Below are positions 40,578 through 55,946 of a stretch of DNA of 64,000 bases, in pieces. A program made the position numbers and the translations under genes. The stretch's first letter is position 1. Every line of letters begins with the position of its first letter. The notes beneath the pieces are model-generated. The model saw only the letters and a program-made list of their open reading frames with translations, was not told the DNA's origin and made no database searches. Source of the DNA: Octopus sinensis (lineage: Eukaryota); contig NC_043020.1 in the NCBI RefSeq assembly GCF_006345805.1, forward strand, positions 9,858,001 through 9,922,000. The letters run 5' to 3'.

Positions 40578-40995
40578 AAGTTCGGTTTGAACGGCAGTTT
40601 TTTCTAGCGGTGTCATATGAAATTGTCACCCATAATTATGACCCTAGTATCGATCTATTGCATTTCAATCTGTTTTAGGGTTAGGGTTAGGGTTAGGAGT
40701 GGGGGGAAGGCTATCTTTTTTCTTCAGAAATGTAAATAAACCCAATCTGTTTCTTAAACGAGGGACATATTCATAAGGCACAGAATGTTTTCACCTCAAT
40801 AGACGTCATTGATTGGTTTTAATTGCAGAAATTGAAGAAAAACAACAACAAATATCTTACAAACTATAGAATTTTCTCAATAAAGCCAAGAGAAAAAGAT
40901 GTTTTATAAACACATTCTACCAGTATACGAAGTTCAAAAGAGTTTAGTTACGTGGAAATTATTTTAAAAAACTGCCGTTCAAACCGAAAAGATCC
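40578..40995. mobile_element. Related MULE-like MITE with internal (TTAGGG)n
   Basis: TTCGGTTTGAACGGCAGTTTT / AAAACTGCCGTTCAAACCGAAAAGATCC termini, similar to 18694-19459. Confidence 0.72.
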
Positions 40996-41518
40996 GTAAA
41001 ATGCACTGAGCTGGCAGAATGGTTAGAGCGTCGAAAAAAAGCTTTGCAGTATTCTAAGTTCTATTCCCGCAGGGGCCCACTTTATATTTCATTATTCCGA
41101 AAGTCAAAAAACTGAAGCACCAATCGACTTATTCCCTCCTTCATATTTCGGGCATTGTACTCTTATTAAAAACAATCATTAAAAAGTTGTCGACAATATA
41201 ATCGATAGAATGTAAGACTGAAATTCGTTACCATTTTTAGTTAGGTCCCATTATACCCTTAGATCATATTCCACCTAGTTTATCTTCACCGTTTGTCCTT
41301 TGTGGTCGATAAATTATAGTGCCAGTTATGCAGAGAGGTCAATTTAATTGACTAACCCCTCTAAGCAATTGCAAGCCTTCTATCTGACTTACCACCAAAT
41401 ATAAGACTGGTGGATAGGCCGTGGTTAGTGGGTTGCGATATTTATTTCGGCTGTTTACATTTTGATTTCAAATCTTGCCGAGGTTAAATCTAGCTTTATG
41501 GGGTCAACGGTATTGAGA

Positions 41519-41926
41519 ACTGGCAGAAACGTTAGCACGTCGGGCGAAATGCTTAGAGGTATTTCGGCTGCCGTTACGTTGTGAGTTCAAATTCCGCCGA
41601 GTTCGACTTTGCATTTCATCCTTTCGGGGTCGATAAATTAAGTACCAGTTACGCAATGGGGTCGATGTAATCGACTTAATACCTATGTCTGTCCTTGTTT
41701 GTCCCCTCTGTGTTTAGCCCCTTGTGGGTAATAAAGAAATAGGTACTTCGTCTGCGTTACGTTGTGAGTTCAAATTCCGCCGAGGTCGACTTTGCCTTTC
41801 ATCCTTTCGGGGTCGATAAATTAAGTACCAGTTACGCACTGGGGTCGATGTAATCGACTTAATACCTATGTCTGTCCTTGTTTGTCCCCTCTGTATTTAG
41901 CCCCTTGTGGGTAATAAAGAAATAGG
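41519..41926 (+). mobile_element. SINE family D dimer (other copies 16520-16748 -, 54851-54985 +, 57388-57788 - dimer, 61853-62075 -)
   Basis: tRNA-like head (TGGCAGAAACGTTAGC..GAGTTCAAATTCCGCC) plus a GCCTTTCATCCTTTCGGGGTCGATAAA central domain. Confidence 0.85.
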
Positions 41927-42759
41927 CATTGACTTACCACATCCCCTCGAAATTGCCTGCCCTAGGCTTAAATCAGAAACCATTATGAACAGGAGAGTGA
42001 GCTAGCAGAATCGTTAGGAAATCGAAAACTTTTCAGCGTGATATTTTCGACTTAGGTCCCGCTGAGGTCAGGTTTGTTTCCGGGGTCGTTTAAATAAAGT
42101 ACCAATTAAGTACTAATGATTACCAATCTTTCCCTCAAGGCCTAAGTAAATGACTTCTCTAACTTTATTTTTTCTATCCAATGTAGCAATACTCTGAACA
42201 GGATATAAAATATACGTATCCTAAGATTATCATGGAAGTTAATCTCGATAATCCAGGTCATAAGACATAGATATTTATTTATTTATGCGCCCTTCTCAAG
42301 CCTAGCCAGGCTGATGAACCCGGTTTCTGTGGTGTATGTGTTCCCCCCAGCTGTAAGGGAAGCCAGTCCATCGCAGCATTGCTCAAGAAATAGGAAGAAA
42401 GAGTGAGAGAAAGTTGTGGCGAATGAGTACAACAGGGGTCGCCACCACCCCCTGCCAGAGCCTCGTGGAGCTTTAGGTGTTTTCGCTCAATAAACACACA
42501 CAACGCCCGGTCTGGGAATCGAAACCGCGATCCTCCGACCGCGATTCCGCTGCCCTAACCATTGGGCCATTGCACCTCCACAAGGCATAGGCAGAAATTA
42601 ACTTGAGCAGATTTTTCAGAATGCATGCACTCGAGCACACCTACAACAACTATGACGAATATGGTACGCCTCGTATAATCGGTTTGAACCCGGAACCATG
42701 TGGTTCGTAAGCAAGCTACTTATCACACACATACATACATACATACATACATACATACA

Positions 42760-42793
<34 letters not shown>

Positions 42794-42802
42794 CATACAT
42801 AC

Positions 42803-43583
42803 ATTATGGCTGCCCCCTCGTTATCGAGTATGGCCATTGCACGAAGCTTAACTGTTACTGGTGCTGTGATCGAATGTGACTTTTTAGCCCAGCTAAAGAT
42901 CTACAATGTCTTGTACAAAATTGGCAACTAAAACCTTTACTGGTAATAGCCGGCTGTAGTTGTAACTGGGCTCCATGTACCTTTGCATGTCGTTTAAGTC
43001 CTCCTGCCAAATTACACTCTCTTCCACATGCCCGACAGATATGATTAGTATGGTGTGTTGCACCACCACCAGTGGTCAGGTTGCCACTCATCTGTCTCGT
43101 TTTATGACTACGAAGATGAGTCATGAGTCCAGCTTTACTGAGGCAGGGTCTTGCACAGACATTGCATGTCAGAATCAAAGGAAGACCTTTCCCTTCTGGA
43201 AGTGTAACAGCGATGCCCTTCCTGACATCCCTCCTTACTTTCTCATGTGCAACTCGAGATTTCTCAAACGTGGCTGTCCCCTCATGCACAATCCTCCTCC
43301 ACCTGCTACGATCAATAGCTATGCCTTCCCATGTGTCAGGAGAGATGCAAGCATCTCTTAAGGAAGCTTTCAGCAAGTCCTTACACCTCTTTTTTGGTTT
43401 ATGTGGAGGTCGTTCTCCTTTAGCTAACTCTCCATAAAAGAGTTGTTTTGGCATCTTTGAATCCTTCATTCTGACCAGATGACCACTCCATCTGAGACTT
43501 TGCTTTAACACAAGAGCTTCTATACTTTCACATCGAGAGCCTTCGAGTATTTCAAGATCACTGATGAGGTCCTTCCACTTTAC
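42803..43583 (-). mobile_element. RTE-clade LINE 3' end with three C2H2 zinc fingers, embedded in (TACA)n
   Basis: LRWSGHLVRM..MPKQLFYGEL..DRSRWR, followed by CNVC..HLRSH, CRAC..HAKVH and CQFC..HIRS.H. Confidence 0.85.
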
Positions 43584-43796
43584 ATGTATGTATGTATGTA
43601 TGTATGTATGTATGTATGTATGTATGTATGTATGTATATGGCCACATACATACATACAAACATACATACATACATACATACATACATACATACATACATA
43701 CATACATACATACATACATACATACATACATACATGCATACATACATACATACAGGCATCAAGGAAAGACACATTCATGAACACAACACAAACATG

Positions 43797-45314
43797 GGCT
43801 GGCAGAGACGTTAGCGCGCCGGGCGAAATGCTGTGCGGTATTTCGTCTGCCGTTACGTTCTGAGCTCAAATTCCGCCGAGGTCAACTTTGCATTTCATCC
43901 TTTCGGAGTCGATAAATTAAGTACCAGTTACGCACTTAGGTCGATGTAATCGACTTAATACCTATGTCTGTCCTTGTTTGTCCCCTCTGTGTTTAGCCCC
44001 TTGTGGGTAGTAAAGAAATAGAAATAGGTATTTCGTCTGCCGCGTTACGTTCTGAGTTCAAATTCCGCCGAGGTCAACTTTGCATTTCATCCTTTCGGAG
44101 TCGATAAATTAAGTACCAGTTACGCACTTAGGTCGATGTAATCGACTTAATACCTATGTCTGTACTTGTTTGTCCCCTCTGTGTTTAGCCCCTTGTGGGT
44201 AGTAAAGAAATAGAAATAGGTATTTCGTCTCCGTTACGTTCTGAGTTCAATTCCGCCGAGGTCAACTTTGCATTTCATCCTTCGGAGTCGATAAATTAAG
44301 TACCAGTTACGCACTGGGGTCAATGTAATCGACTTAATACCTATGTCTGTCCTTGTTTGTCCCCTCTGTGTTTAGCCCCTTGTGGGTAGTAAAGAAATAG
44401 AAATAGGTATTTCGTCTGCCGTTACGTTCTGAGTTCAAATTCCGCCGAGGTCAACTTTGCATTTCATCCTTTCGGAGTCGATAAATTAAGTACCAGTTAC
44501 GCACTTAGGTCGATGTAATCGACTTAATACCTATGTCTGTCCTTGTTTGTCCCCTCTGTGTTTAGCCCCTTGTGGGTAGTAAAGAAATAGAAATAGGTAT
44601 TTCGTCTGCCGTTACGTTCTGAGTTCAAATTCCGCCGAGGTCAACTTTGCATTTCATCCTTTCGGAGTCGATAAATTAAGTACCAGTTACGCACTGGGGT
44701 CGATGTAATCGACTTAATACCTATGTCTGTCCTTGTTTGTCCCCTCTGTGTTTAGCCCCTTGTGGGTAGTAAAGAAATAGAAATAGGTATTTCGTCTGCC
44801 GTTACGTTTGAGTTCAAATTCCGCCGAGGTCGACTTTGCATTTCATCCTTTCGGAGTCGATAAATTAAGTACCAGTTACGCACTTAGGTCGATGTAATCG
44901 ACTTAATACGTATGTCTGTCCTTGTTTGTCCCCTCTGTGTTTAGCCCCTTGTGGGTAGTAAAGAAATAGAAATAGGTATTTCGTCTGCCGTTACGTTCTG
45001 AGTTCAAATTCCGCCGAGGTCAACTTTGCCTTTCATCCTGTCGGAGTCGATAAATTAAGTACCAGTTACGCACTTAGGTCGATGTAATCGACTTAATACC
45101 TATGTCTGTCCTTGTTTGTCCCCTCTGTGTTTAGCCCCTTGTGGGTAATAAAGAAATAGGTATTTCGTCTGCTGTTACGTTCTGAGTTCAAATTCCGCCG
45201 ATGTCGATAAATAAAGTACCAGTTTAGCACTGGGGTCGATGTAATCGACTTAATCCCTTTGTCTGTCCTTGTTTGTCCCCTCTGTGTCTAGCCCCTTGTG
45301 GGTAGTAAAGAAAT
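43797..45314 (+). repeat. Tandem array of 8 SINE-derived ~190-bp units (SINE family D)
   Basis: Unit starts (GGTATTTCGTCT) at 43837, 44027, 44219, 44406, 44596, 44786, 44975 and 45159. Only the first unit has the A-box head (TGGCAGAGACGTTAGCGCG). Confidence 0.92.
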
Positions 45315-45364
45315 ATATATATATATACACACATATACATACGTATGTCTTCCTATAAATCTAT

Positions 45365-45449
<85 letters not shown>

Positions 45450-45747
45450 TACACGTTCGTATGCGTGTGTGCTCGCACACGCACAAAACAAGTTTTACGT
45501 ACAAGGGGAGAAAACTCTTGCTGGATGAAAAACTGAGTTTTCAATGATGATAGTTTGTTTGTATTCTGGGCATGTATTACAGTTGTTTGACCAACAAATC
45601 AAGCTGTGCGGTAGTTTACGTGGCTGATTACTCCACAGACAAGTGTCCCTTAAACATAATTACTTTGTAAAATCATTGTTGCGTGCTGTGACAAATATAA
45701 TACCACCCAATTCGCATTGGTGACTTGAGAGTTTATGTACTTCGCTA

Positions 45748-47958
<2,211 letters not shown>

Positions 47959-48518
47959 AGAATAGACATGTAAACCTGTTAACAATCCAGTAAATTTAGT
48001 ATAGCAAGCATAACGCGTCAGACCAAAAGAAGCTGACAACCACCATAGAGTGGAGGCGCAATGGCCCAGTGGTTTGGGCAGCGGACTCGCGGTTGTAAGA
48101 ACGCGGTTTCGATTCCCAGACCGGGCATTGTGATGTTTATTGAACAAAAACACTTAAGCTGGAGAAGAGATGCCTGTCGGAGAGTGTTCAAAAACAGATG
48201 GAAACATGTTGCACGAGTGCTAGGCTTTAAAAGGGCGCATTTATTTTTGTGGAGACGCGTGACTTAGTGGTTAGGGTGTCAGCATCATGATCGTAAGATT
48301 GTGGTTTCGATTCCTGGACAGGGCGATGCGTTGTGTTCTTGAGCAAGACACTTCATTCCACGTTGCTCCAGTCCACTCAGCTGGCAAAAATGAGTAACGC
48401 AGCGTTGAACTGGCATCCCGTCCAGCTGGGAAACACATACGCCATTGAAATCGGGAAACCGGGCCCACGAGCTTGGCTAGGCTTTAAAAGGGCGCATTTA
48501 TTTTTTTTTTATGGCAAA

Positions 48519-48914
48519 CTAGCAGTATCGCCCGGCGTTGCTCGGGTTTGTAAGGGAAATAACTATATAAGCATTTTTAGAGAGTTATAGCCAAAAAGTA
48601 GCAAAAAAATGCATTAAAAATGGAAAAAAAATTATGGTAAATTTTTTTTTAACATCGTTGACTCATCGTAGATATTTTTAGAGAGTTACTTCCCTTATAT
48701 AATAGCGAAAAAATGCATTAAAATGGAAAAAAATGATGGCAAATTTTTTTAATCGTAGACTCATCGTAGACGCGCGCTAATACCCAGAAGGGCTCGATAT
48801 GAATCACGACTATAAGATACCCGGTTTTGGTTAAACTGCACCGCAAAATGTGGGAGTAGTTAGGAATCTAAATCGTAGGAGACAGACACACAACTTCACT
48901 TTTATATATAAAGA
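48519..48914 (-). mobile_element. Non-autonomous Helitron
   Basis: 5' TC, 3' CTAG, subterminal hairpin CCCGAGCAACGCCGGG, inserted between A and T. Confidence 0.8.
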
Positions 48915-49157
48915 TATACAAATGAGAAGTTCGTTTTATTTCATTTTATTTTAAGGTAGTAAATACTTTTGTTTAGACAATTTAAATTCATTTCATCGTT
49001 CTGTTATAAGCACCAGGAAATAAAAGTATTGTGGGTGTACTGTGGGTATACTGTCTTTCCTGATATCAGTCATGGCGGTAAAGGTATACTTTCAAAGTTA
49101 CCCATCAAATAAAATGTTACACACTCCCGCATAACAAAATCAGCTTTCCTATATAAT

Positions 49158-49475
49158 TGGAGGCGCAATGGCCCAGTGGTTAGGGCAGCGGACTCGCGGT
49201 CGGAGGATCGCGGTTTCGATTCCCAGACTGGGCGTTGTGTGTGTTTATTGAGCGAAAACACCTAATTCCCTACGAGGCTCTGGCAGGGGGTGGTGGTGAC
49301 ACCTGTTGTACTCTTTCGCCCCAACTTTCTCTCACTCTTTTTTCCTGTTTTATGGGTAGCGCTGCGGTGGACCGGCGTCCCGTCCAAATGGGTGGAGGGA
49401 ATACATATGCCATAGAAACCGGGAAACCGGGCCCATGAGCCTGGCTAGGCTTGAAAAGGGCGCATAAATAAATAA
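49158..49475 (+). mobile_element. SINE family B head with tail type 2 (also 42280-42580 -)
   Basis: Tail GAAACCGGGCCCATGAGCCTGGCTAGGCTTGAAAAGGGCGCATAAATAAAT. Confidence 0.85.
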
Positions 49476-49487
49476 TAATTTACTATA

Positions 49488-49902
49488 GGCGCAGGAGTGG
49501 CTGTGTGGTAAGTAGCTTGCTAACCAACCACATAGTTCCGGGTTCAGTCCCACTGCGTGGCACCTTGGGCAAGTGTCTTCTACTATAGCCCCGGGCCGAC
49601 CAAAGCCTTGTGAGTGGATTTGGTAGACGGAAACTGAAAGAAGCCCGTCGTATATATGTATGCATGTATATATATATATGTGTATGTGTGTTTGTGTTTG
49701 TCCCCCTAGCATTGCTTGACAACAGATGCTGGTGTGTTTACGTCCCCGTCACCTAGCGGTTCGGCAAAAGAGACCGATGGAATAAGTACTGGGCTTACAA
49801 AGAATAAGTCCCGGGGTCGATTTGCTTGACTAAAAGAAAAAAAAGGCGGTGCTCCAGCATGGCCGCAGTCAAATGACTGAAACAAGTAAAAGAGTAAAAG
49901 AG
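49488..49902 (+). mobile_element. SINE family A
   Basis: Full head-to-tail match to family A. Confidence 0.9.
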
Positions 49903-50078
49903 TATATAATTATCTCTGAAGGGATTTTTTTTACTGAATTTCCTTTTCTTATATATGCGTGGAGGGTGTCGGTTACCTACTAAATCAATTATTTTTCTTT
50001 CTAGGTAATCATTAATATCTAAAAAAAAAAGATCAAATAGTTATCTCCTGTAGTTTGTAAGATTACAGAGAAGTAATA

Positions 50079-50601
50079 ATAATAATAATAATAATAATAA
50101 TTGTGTACAGTGCTCAGGTGCACTACAACTCATCTAAAGTGTATATATAATCAGGTGTAGTTTCGGCGGATTTCGGAAAGCATGAGGGCCTTAAAGGATG
50201 CAGTGTCATGGCAGTCAACAACTGACGCAGGCAGTTTGTTCCATGCTTCAGCAACTCTGAGCGTGAAAAAATGTTTCCGAAAGTCATGGGAGCTGTGTTG
50301 TTTTCTGACTTTGTAGGCAATGTCCACGTGTGTTAGACACATGGAGATCAAAAAGGTGTTCAGTGTTGGTTGTTGGTGAGGTGGTTTATAACTTTGTGGG
50401 TGTTTACCAAGTCCGTCGCCAGACGCCGGAGCCTCAGTGAATCCATGCCCAGGGAAACAAGGCGCTCAGAGTATGGTAGGTGCCTGATGGAGGGTATGCG
50501 TTTGGTTGCACGTCTCTGGACAGATTCCAGGAGGTCAATGTTCCGAGCAAGATAGGGGTTCCAAACTGATGATGCGAATTCCAAGTGTGGTCGTACCATA
50601 G
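50079..50601 (-). mobile_element. CR1-clade LINE 3' fragment with a (TTA)n tail
   Basis: VRPHLEFASSVWNPYL..LESVQRRATK..RRLATDL..FFTLRVAEAWNKLP. Confidence 0.85.
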
Positions 50602-51233
50602 CAAGCAAGCAAGCAATCAAGCAAACAAGCAAAACAAATGCCGAGGCACCTAATTTGTTGGTGGCCTGACATGTTGAGCGGGAGATATCTTTCATCTTTT
50701 ATCTTTTACTTGTTTCAGTCATTGGATTGCGGCCATGCTGTAACATCACCTTAAAGAATTTTAGTCGAAAAAAAATTGATCTCAGTACTTACTTTTTTTA
50801 AAGTTTGATACTTATTCTATCTGTCTCTTTTGTCGAACCGCCAAGTTACAGCTGCTGCTACTGATGCAGTTATTGATTGTGTGCTGCTACTGCTTCTAGT
50901 ATTCTTCAACCATGTCCCGATACATTAGAGATATTTCCTATAACCATTCTGTAAGGATCACAGAAGAATGACTTGAAGAAGTTTAAGTAAATATTATCAT
51001 CAGGGATAGAACGCTAGTCACTTTATATCGGGTGATTCTTTCCGTAAGAGAAGCCTACTCCGTACTGCAAACTAACGGGGCACTCGTCAATTTTATGGTG
51101 ACACCACTGCTTACAAGGGGATACTGAAAAGTTCCTGGCTTGAAGGGTGTCGTGAAAGGCCTGCTCGGAGGCCCAACGTTCCGAGTTCTTTTACGGGGGT
51201 TAGAAAAATTGAAGGACCGCTGAGAGGGGAATA

Positions 51234-51736
51234 TCTATATATATAAAACTGTAGTTGTGTGAGTGTCTGTCCCCTTCGATTTAGATTCCTAACTACTCCC
51301 ACATTTTGCGGTGCAGTTTAACCAAATTCGGGTATCTTATAGTCGTGATTCATATCGAGCCCGTCTGGCTATTAGCGCGCGTCTACGATGAGTCTACGAT
51401 TTTAAAATAATTTAATCATTTTTTATTCCATTTAATGCATATTTTTTCGTGTGTCGATGGCGGCGGAGTTGGCGTCCATGGTCACACTGCACCTGTTTGC
51501 TTTTCCCCCCCTCTTCCCTCCCTCGTGAAGCTGTGGGAAGGAGTGTAAGGAATCAACGTCGTAAAGCGTTGTCAAGGAGACCAGCGTTCTTTTAGAACAA
51601 CGACTTCATGGCTTGAAGACACCAAACAGAAATGGCTAAGAAAGCCCGAATTGGCATCTATAAGGGAGTAACTCTCTAAAAATGCTTATTAGTTATTTCC
51701 CTTACAAACCCGAGTAACGCCGGGCGATACTGCTAG
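51234..51736 (+). mobile_element. Non-autonomous Helitron inserted into a mariner-type MITE (51113-51812)
   Basis: TC..CTAG termini with hairpin; host TIRs CTGAAAAGTTCCTGGCTT / AAGCCAGGAACTTTTCA. Confidence 0.8.
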
Positions 51737-51948
51737 TGTTGGATAAAATCCTAATTAACTGATCCTCCGGTATTTTCTTTAACCAAAAGCCAGGAACTTT
51801 TCAACACCCTCTCTCACAACAATACCACCGAATGATTGCTGCTTGCCTGGAGGACTATATTCAGTTTTGCCGTTGAAGGTTTAAAGTGTCAAAGTAAGTG
51901 AAGAACTGAGAACCACTAGAGCCAGGAAACAGGAGGACCGTGTTTTAA

Positions 51949-52168
51949 CCCTTTAGTGTTTAAACTGGCCATATCAGGCCAAAATTGTCTCCCTGTTTTA
52001 TGCTCAAACCAGCCAGCTCTGACCTCTCACACCTACCCTACAAAGTCATTCTAAAAATAAACAGGGACATCATCAAAATCTCAGAGTTACAAGATGCTGT
52101 ACAATTAATTTAAAACAATGTCATTAAACAGGTTTTACATTTGACAGAGTAATCTGAATGCTAAAGGG
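51949..52168. mobile_element. piggyBac-like MITE
   Basis: TTAA on both sides; CCCTTTAG..CTAAAGGG termini. Confidence 0.72.
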
Positions 52169-52399
52169 TTAAGACACAGAGCCTGTCACTATCATGGCAC
52201 TTGTTTGTTTGTTTGTTTGTTCCTTAGGGTATCGAACAAATTCTTCGCAGTATTTAGAGAAATTCTTTTTATGTTCTGAGTTCAAATCCCGCCAGGATCA
52301 CTGTTGGCAATGTATCCTTCCGGAGTCTATAAAATAAAATAGTAGTTGATTTGATCGATTAACTTCACCTCCAACTCCCCGCCAAGTTTGGTTTGTGAG

Positions 52400-52457
<58 letters not shown>

Positions 52458-52740
52458 TGGTAATACGGTGAAGTCTATGCTCTGCTGAGGAGGTTTAATT
52501 TGACGAAATAATGTTCGATGTTGTCTCCCCTACTTGACGAAACTTTAAGTGTGTGTGTGTGTGTATGTGTGTGTGTGTGTGGTGTGTGTGTGTGTGTGTA
52601 TAATACGGTGAAGTCTGTGCTCTGCTGAGGAGGTTTAATTTGATGAAACGATGTTCAGTGTTGTCTCCCCTACTTGTGAATGTGTGTTTGCGTGCGTGTG
52701 AAAGTATGCATGTGTGTGAGAATGTGTATGAGCGTGTGTA

Positions 52741-52793
<53 letters not shown>

Positions 52794-53004
52794 ATATACA
52801 CTCCATAACACATATTTCCCTGAATATATACGCCCACAAACACGCATTATGTGCATGTGCGTGTACATGTATGTGTGCATGGGTATATATATATATATAT
52901 ATATAACCCATGCACACATACATATAATATAATAATATATATTAATATATATATATATATATATTATATATACATATATGTGTATGTGTAAATTATATAT
53001 ATAT

Positions 53005-53052
<48 letters not shown>

Positions 53053-53056
<4 letters not shown>

Positions 53057-53296
53057 CATGCTGGAGCACCGCCTTTAGTCGAGCAAATTGACCCCAGGAC
53101 TTATTCTTTGTAAGCCTAGTACTATTCTATCGGTCTCTTTTGCCGAACCGCTAATGTACGGGGACGTAAACACACCAGCATCGGTTGTCAAGCGATGTTG
53201 GGGAGACAAACACAGCACACAAACATACACACACACATACATATATATATATATATTATATATATATATATAGATATATTATAATATATATATTAC

Positions 53297-53370
<74 letters not shown>

Positions 53371-53530
53371 TACATATATACGATGGGCTTCTTTCGGTTT
53401 CCGTCTACCAAATCCACTCACAAGGCTTTGGTCGGCCCGAGGCTATAGTAGAAGACACTTGCCCAAGGTGCCACGCAGTGGGACTGAACCCGGAACCAGG
53501 TGGTTGGTAAGCAAGCTACTTACCACACAG
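53053..53530 (-). mobile_element. SINE family A
   Basis: Reverse-complement match to family A. Confidence 0.85.
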
Positions 53531-53999
53531 TTCCTAAATATATATATGTTTTCATATAACGAAGACCCTTGTTAACATACATATATACACACGCGCGCGT
53601 GCGTGCGCTTAGTTATAGATATCTAGATATCTAGATATCTAGATATATATAGAGAGATATATACACATGCGCGTGAATGTGCGTATGTTGTAACGTAATG
53701 TAGATTCCATTTGAGCAAAATTTCCCAGGAAGGAGTGACTACTTCATAAAGAGAAAAAATAAACCGAGAACGAGGCTGCCAGGAGTGAGTAGTCGTGGCC
53801 AGTTGTCTACCAGCACGGCGACTCGATCCGTCGACCCCTGGCTTCGTCGTCGCTGTTTTTTGTCACCTGTTGGTAGTGTATAGCAGTAAAAACATTCCCG
53901 ATACGACCACCACGTCGACCAAGGATCAGAGGAAGAAGCGAGTATACAACAAAATTGCTTACATAATGGAGTGAAATGTATTTTGTGAACTGACTGACC

Positions 54000-54033
<34 letters not shown>

Positions 54034-54362
54034 TATACATACATACATACATATATATATATATGTGTGTGATGTAGATATATATACATCCGTATATATA
54101 TATAATATATATATATACTATCATTCTGTATTATCTGGTAAATCAAACTGTTTTCATTATTATTATTGTTGTTGATATTGTTATTATTATTATGTGTATA
54201 TATACACATATATACATATATATGTATTTATATATATGGGTGATGTAGATATATATATACATCCGTATATATATATATAATATATACTATCATTCTCTAT
54301 TATGTGGTAATCAAACTGTTTTCGTGTTGTATATGTGTATATATACACATATACATACATAC

Positions 54363-54400
<38 letters not shown>

Positions 54401-54403
<3 letters not shown>

Positions 54404-54527
54404 GGTGTCCCAAAAAAGTATACACACCTTAAATAATTGTAAATTTGTTATTGTAAGCCTAGTTCTTATTCTATCGTTCTCTTTTGCCGAACCACTATGT
54501 GTATGCATTTTTTTTGGGACAACCCTG
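54401..54527. mobile_element. Tc1-type MITE containing a SINE A fragment
   Basis: TA-CAGGGTGTCCCAAAAAA..TTTTTTGGGACAACCCTG-TA. Confidence 0.72.
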
Positions 54528-54590
54528 TATTATATATATATATATAAATATATATATTTATGTGTGTATGATGTAGATATATAGACATCC

Positions 54591-54631
<41 letters not shown>

Positions 54632-54704
54632 TACTTATATAATATATAATGATAGTAATATATATATATTTTATGTGTGTGTGATGTAGATATATATACA
54701 TCCG

Positions 54705-54765
<61 letters not shown>

Positions 54766-54986
54766 CTATCATTCTCTATTATCTGGTAATCAAACTGTTT
54801 TCATTATATTATTATTATTGTTGTTGATATTGTTATTGTTATTATTATTATTTGCCTTTCATCCTTTCGGGGGTCGATAAATTAAGTACCAGTTATGCAC
54901 TGGGGTCGATGTAATCGACTTAACCCGTCTGTCTGTCCTTGTTTGTCCTCTCTGTGTTTTGCCCCTTGTGGGTAATAAAGAAATAA

Positions 54987-55020
<34 letters not shown>

Positions 55021-55059
55021 TGTCTTCAATATTTTGATCTCTTCTGGTCAATCAAATTA

Positions 55060-55097
<38 letters not shown>

Positions 55098-55898
55098 CAT
55101 TATTATTCTGCCGAGGTCGAGTTTGCCCCTTTCATTTCATCTTTTTTCGGGGTTCGGGGGGTCAATATAAAAGAAAGTACCAGTTGAACACCGGAGTCGA
55201 TGTAATTGATTATAGCCGCGCCTCCCAGGAAATTCCTGGGCTTTGTGCCAAAATTTGAAATTATTATTATTATATAAAAGGAGAAAGGGAGCTCTCTACC
55301 CTACCCCCCCCCCCTTTTTTTTTGACCAGGCTCCCGTGACTTTTATGGGTTTTTTTCTACGAGTAACCTTTCGAAGCGCCTGCCCCCTTATTGGGGAATT
55401 TCAACTGTTACTTATTTTTCCTTTATCATCCTGCTTTTGTACACGGACTTTTTCAAACGGACCCCTTTGTAACTTTCGTCCTGTGTTTTGTCCCTTTATG
55501 ATGTTTTAATTGAATTTTTGTCTGCCCTTGTGGCCAATAAACGAACGAATTATTATTATTATGGTACTACTAGCGAACAGTGGTCCCGTTCCCGGTTCTG
55601 CCCGCACACGCGCATCCGTGCTAGCTAGGCGTAAGTAGTCGATCCTACAACGCCTTTTTAACCCTAACTCTGACCCTAACCTTAGTTTTTCTTTTATTTA
55701 TATTTTACTTGTTTCAAGTCATTTGAGTGCGGCCATGCTGGAGCACCGCCTTTAATCGAGCAACTCGACCCCGGGACTTATTCTTTGTAAGCCCAGTACT
55801 TATTCTATCGGTCCCTCTTTCGCCGAACCGCTTAGTGACGGGGACATAAACACACCAGCATCGGTTGTCAAGCAATGCATATGTTTTATTTATTTTTG

Positions 55899-55938
<40 letters not shown>

Positions 55939-55946
55939 ATATAATA

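Noticed and set aside
42187-42256. Possible exon QYSEQDIKYTYPKIIMEVNLDNP
   Set aside because: The donor (gtcata) is weak, the phase is incompatible with gene B, and no partner exons were found.
43797-45314. Regular array as a possible CRISPR or hammerhead retrozyme array
   Set aside because: There are no unique spacers and no cas genes, the context is eukaryotic, and I found no CUGANGA core on either strand; the units are SINE-derived.
52403-54830. Short unique blocks repeated 2-3 times between microsatellites (52460/52600; 54065/54240/54680)
   Set aside because: These are microsatellite-mediated slippage duplications or assembly stutter, with no coding or structural signal.
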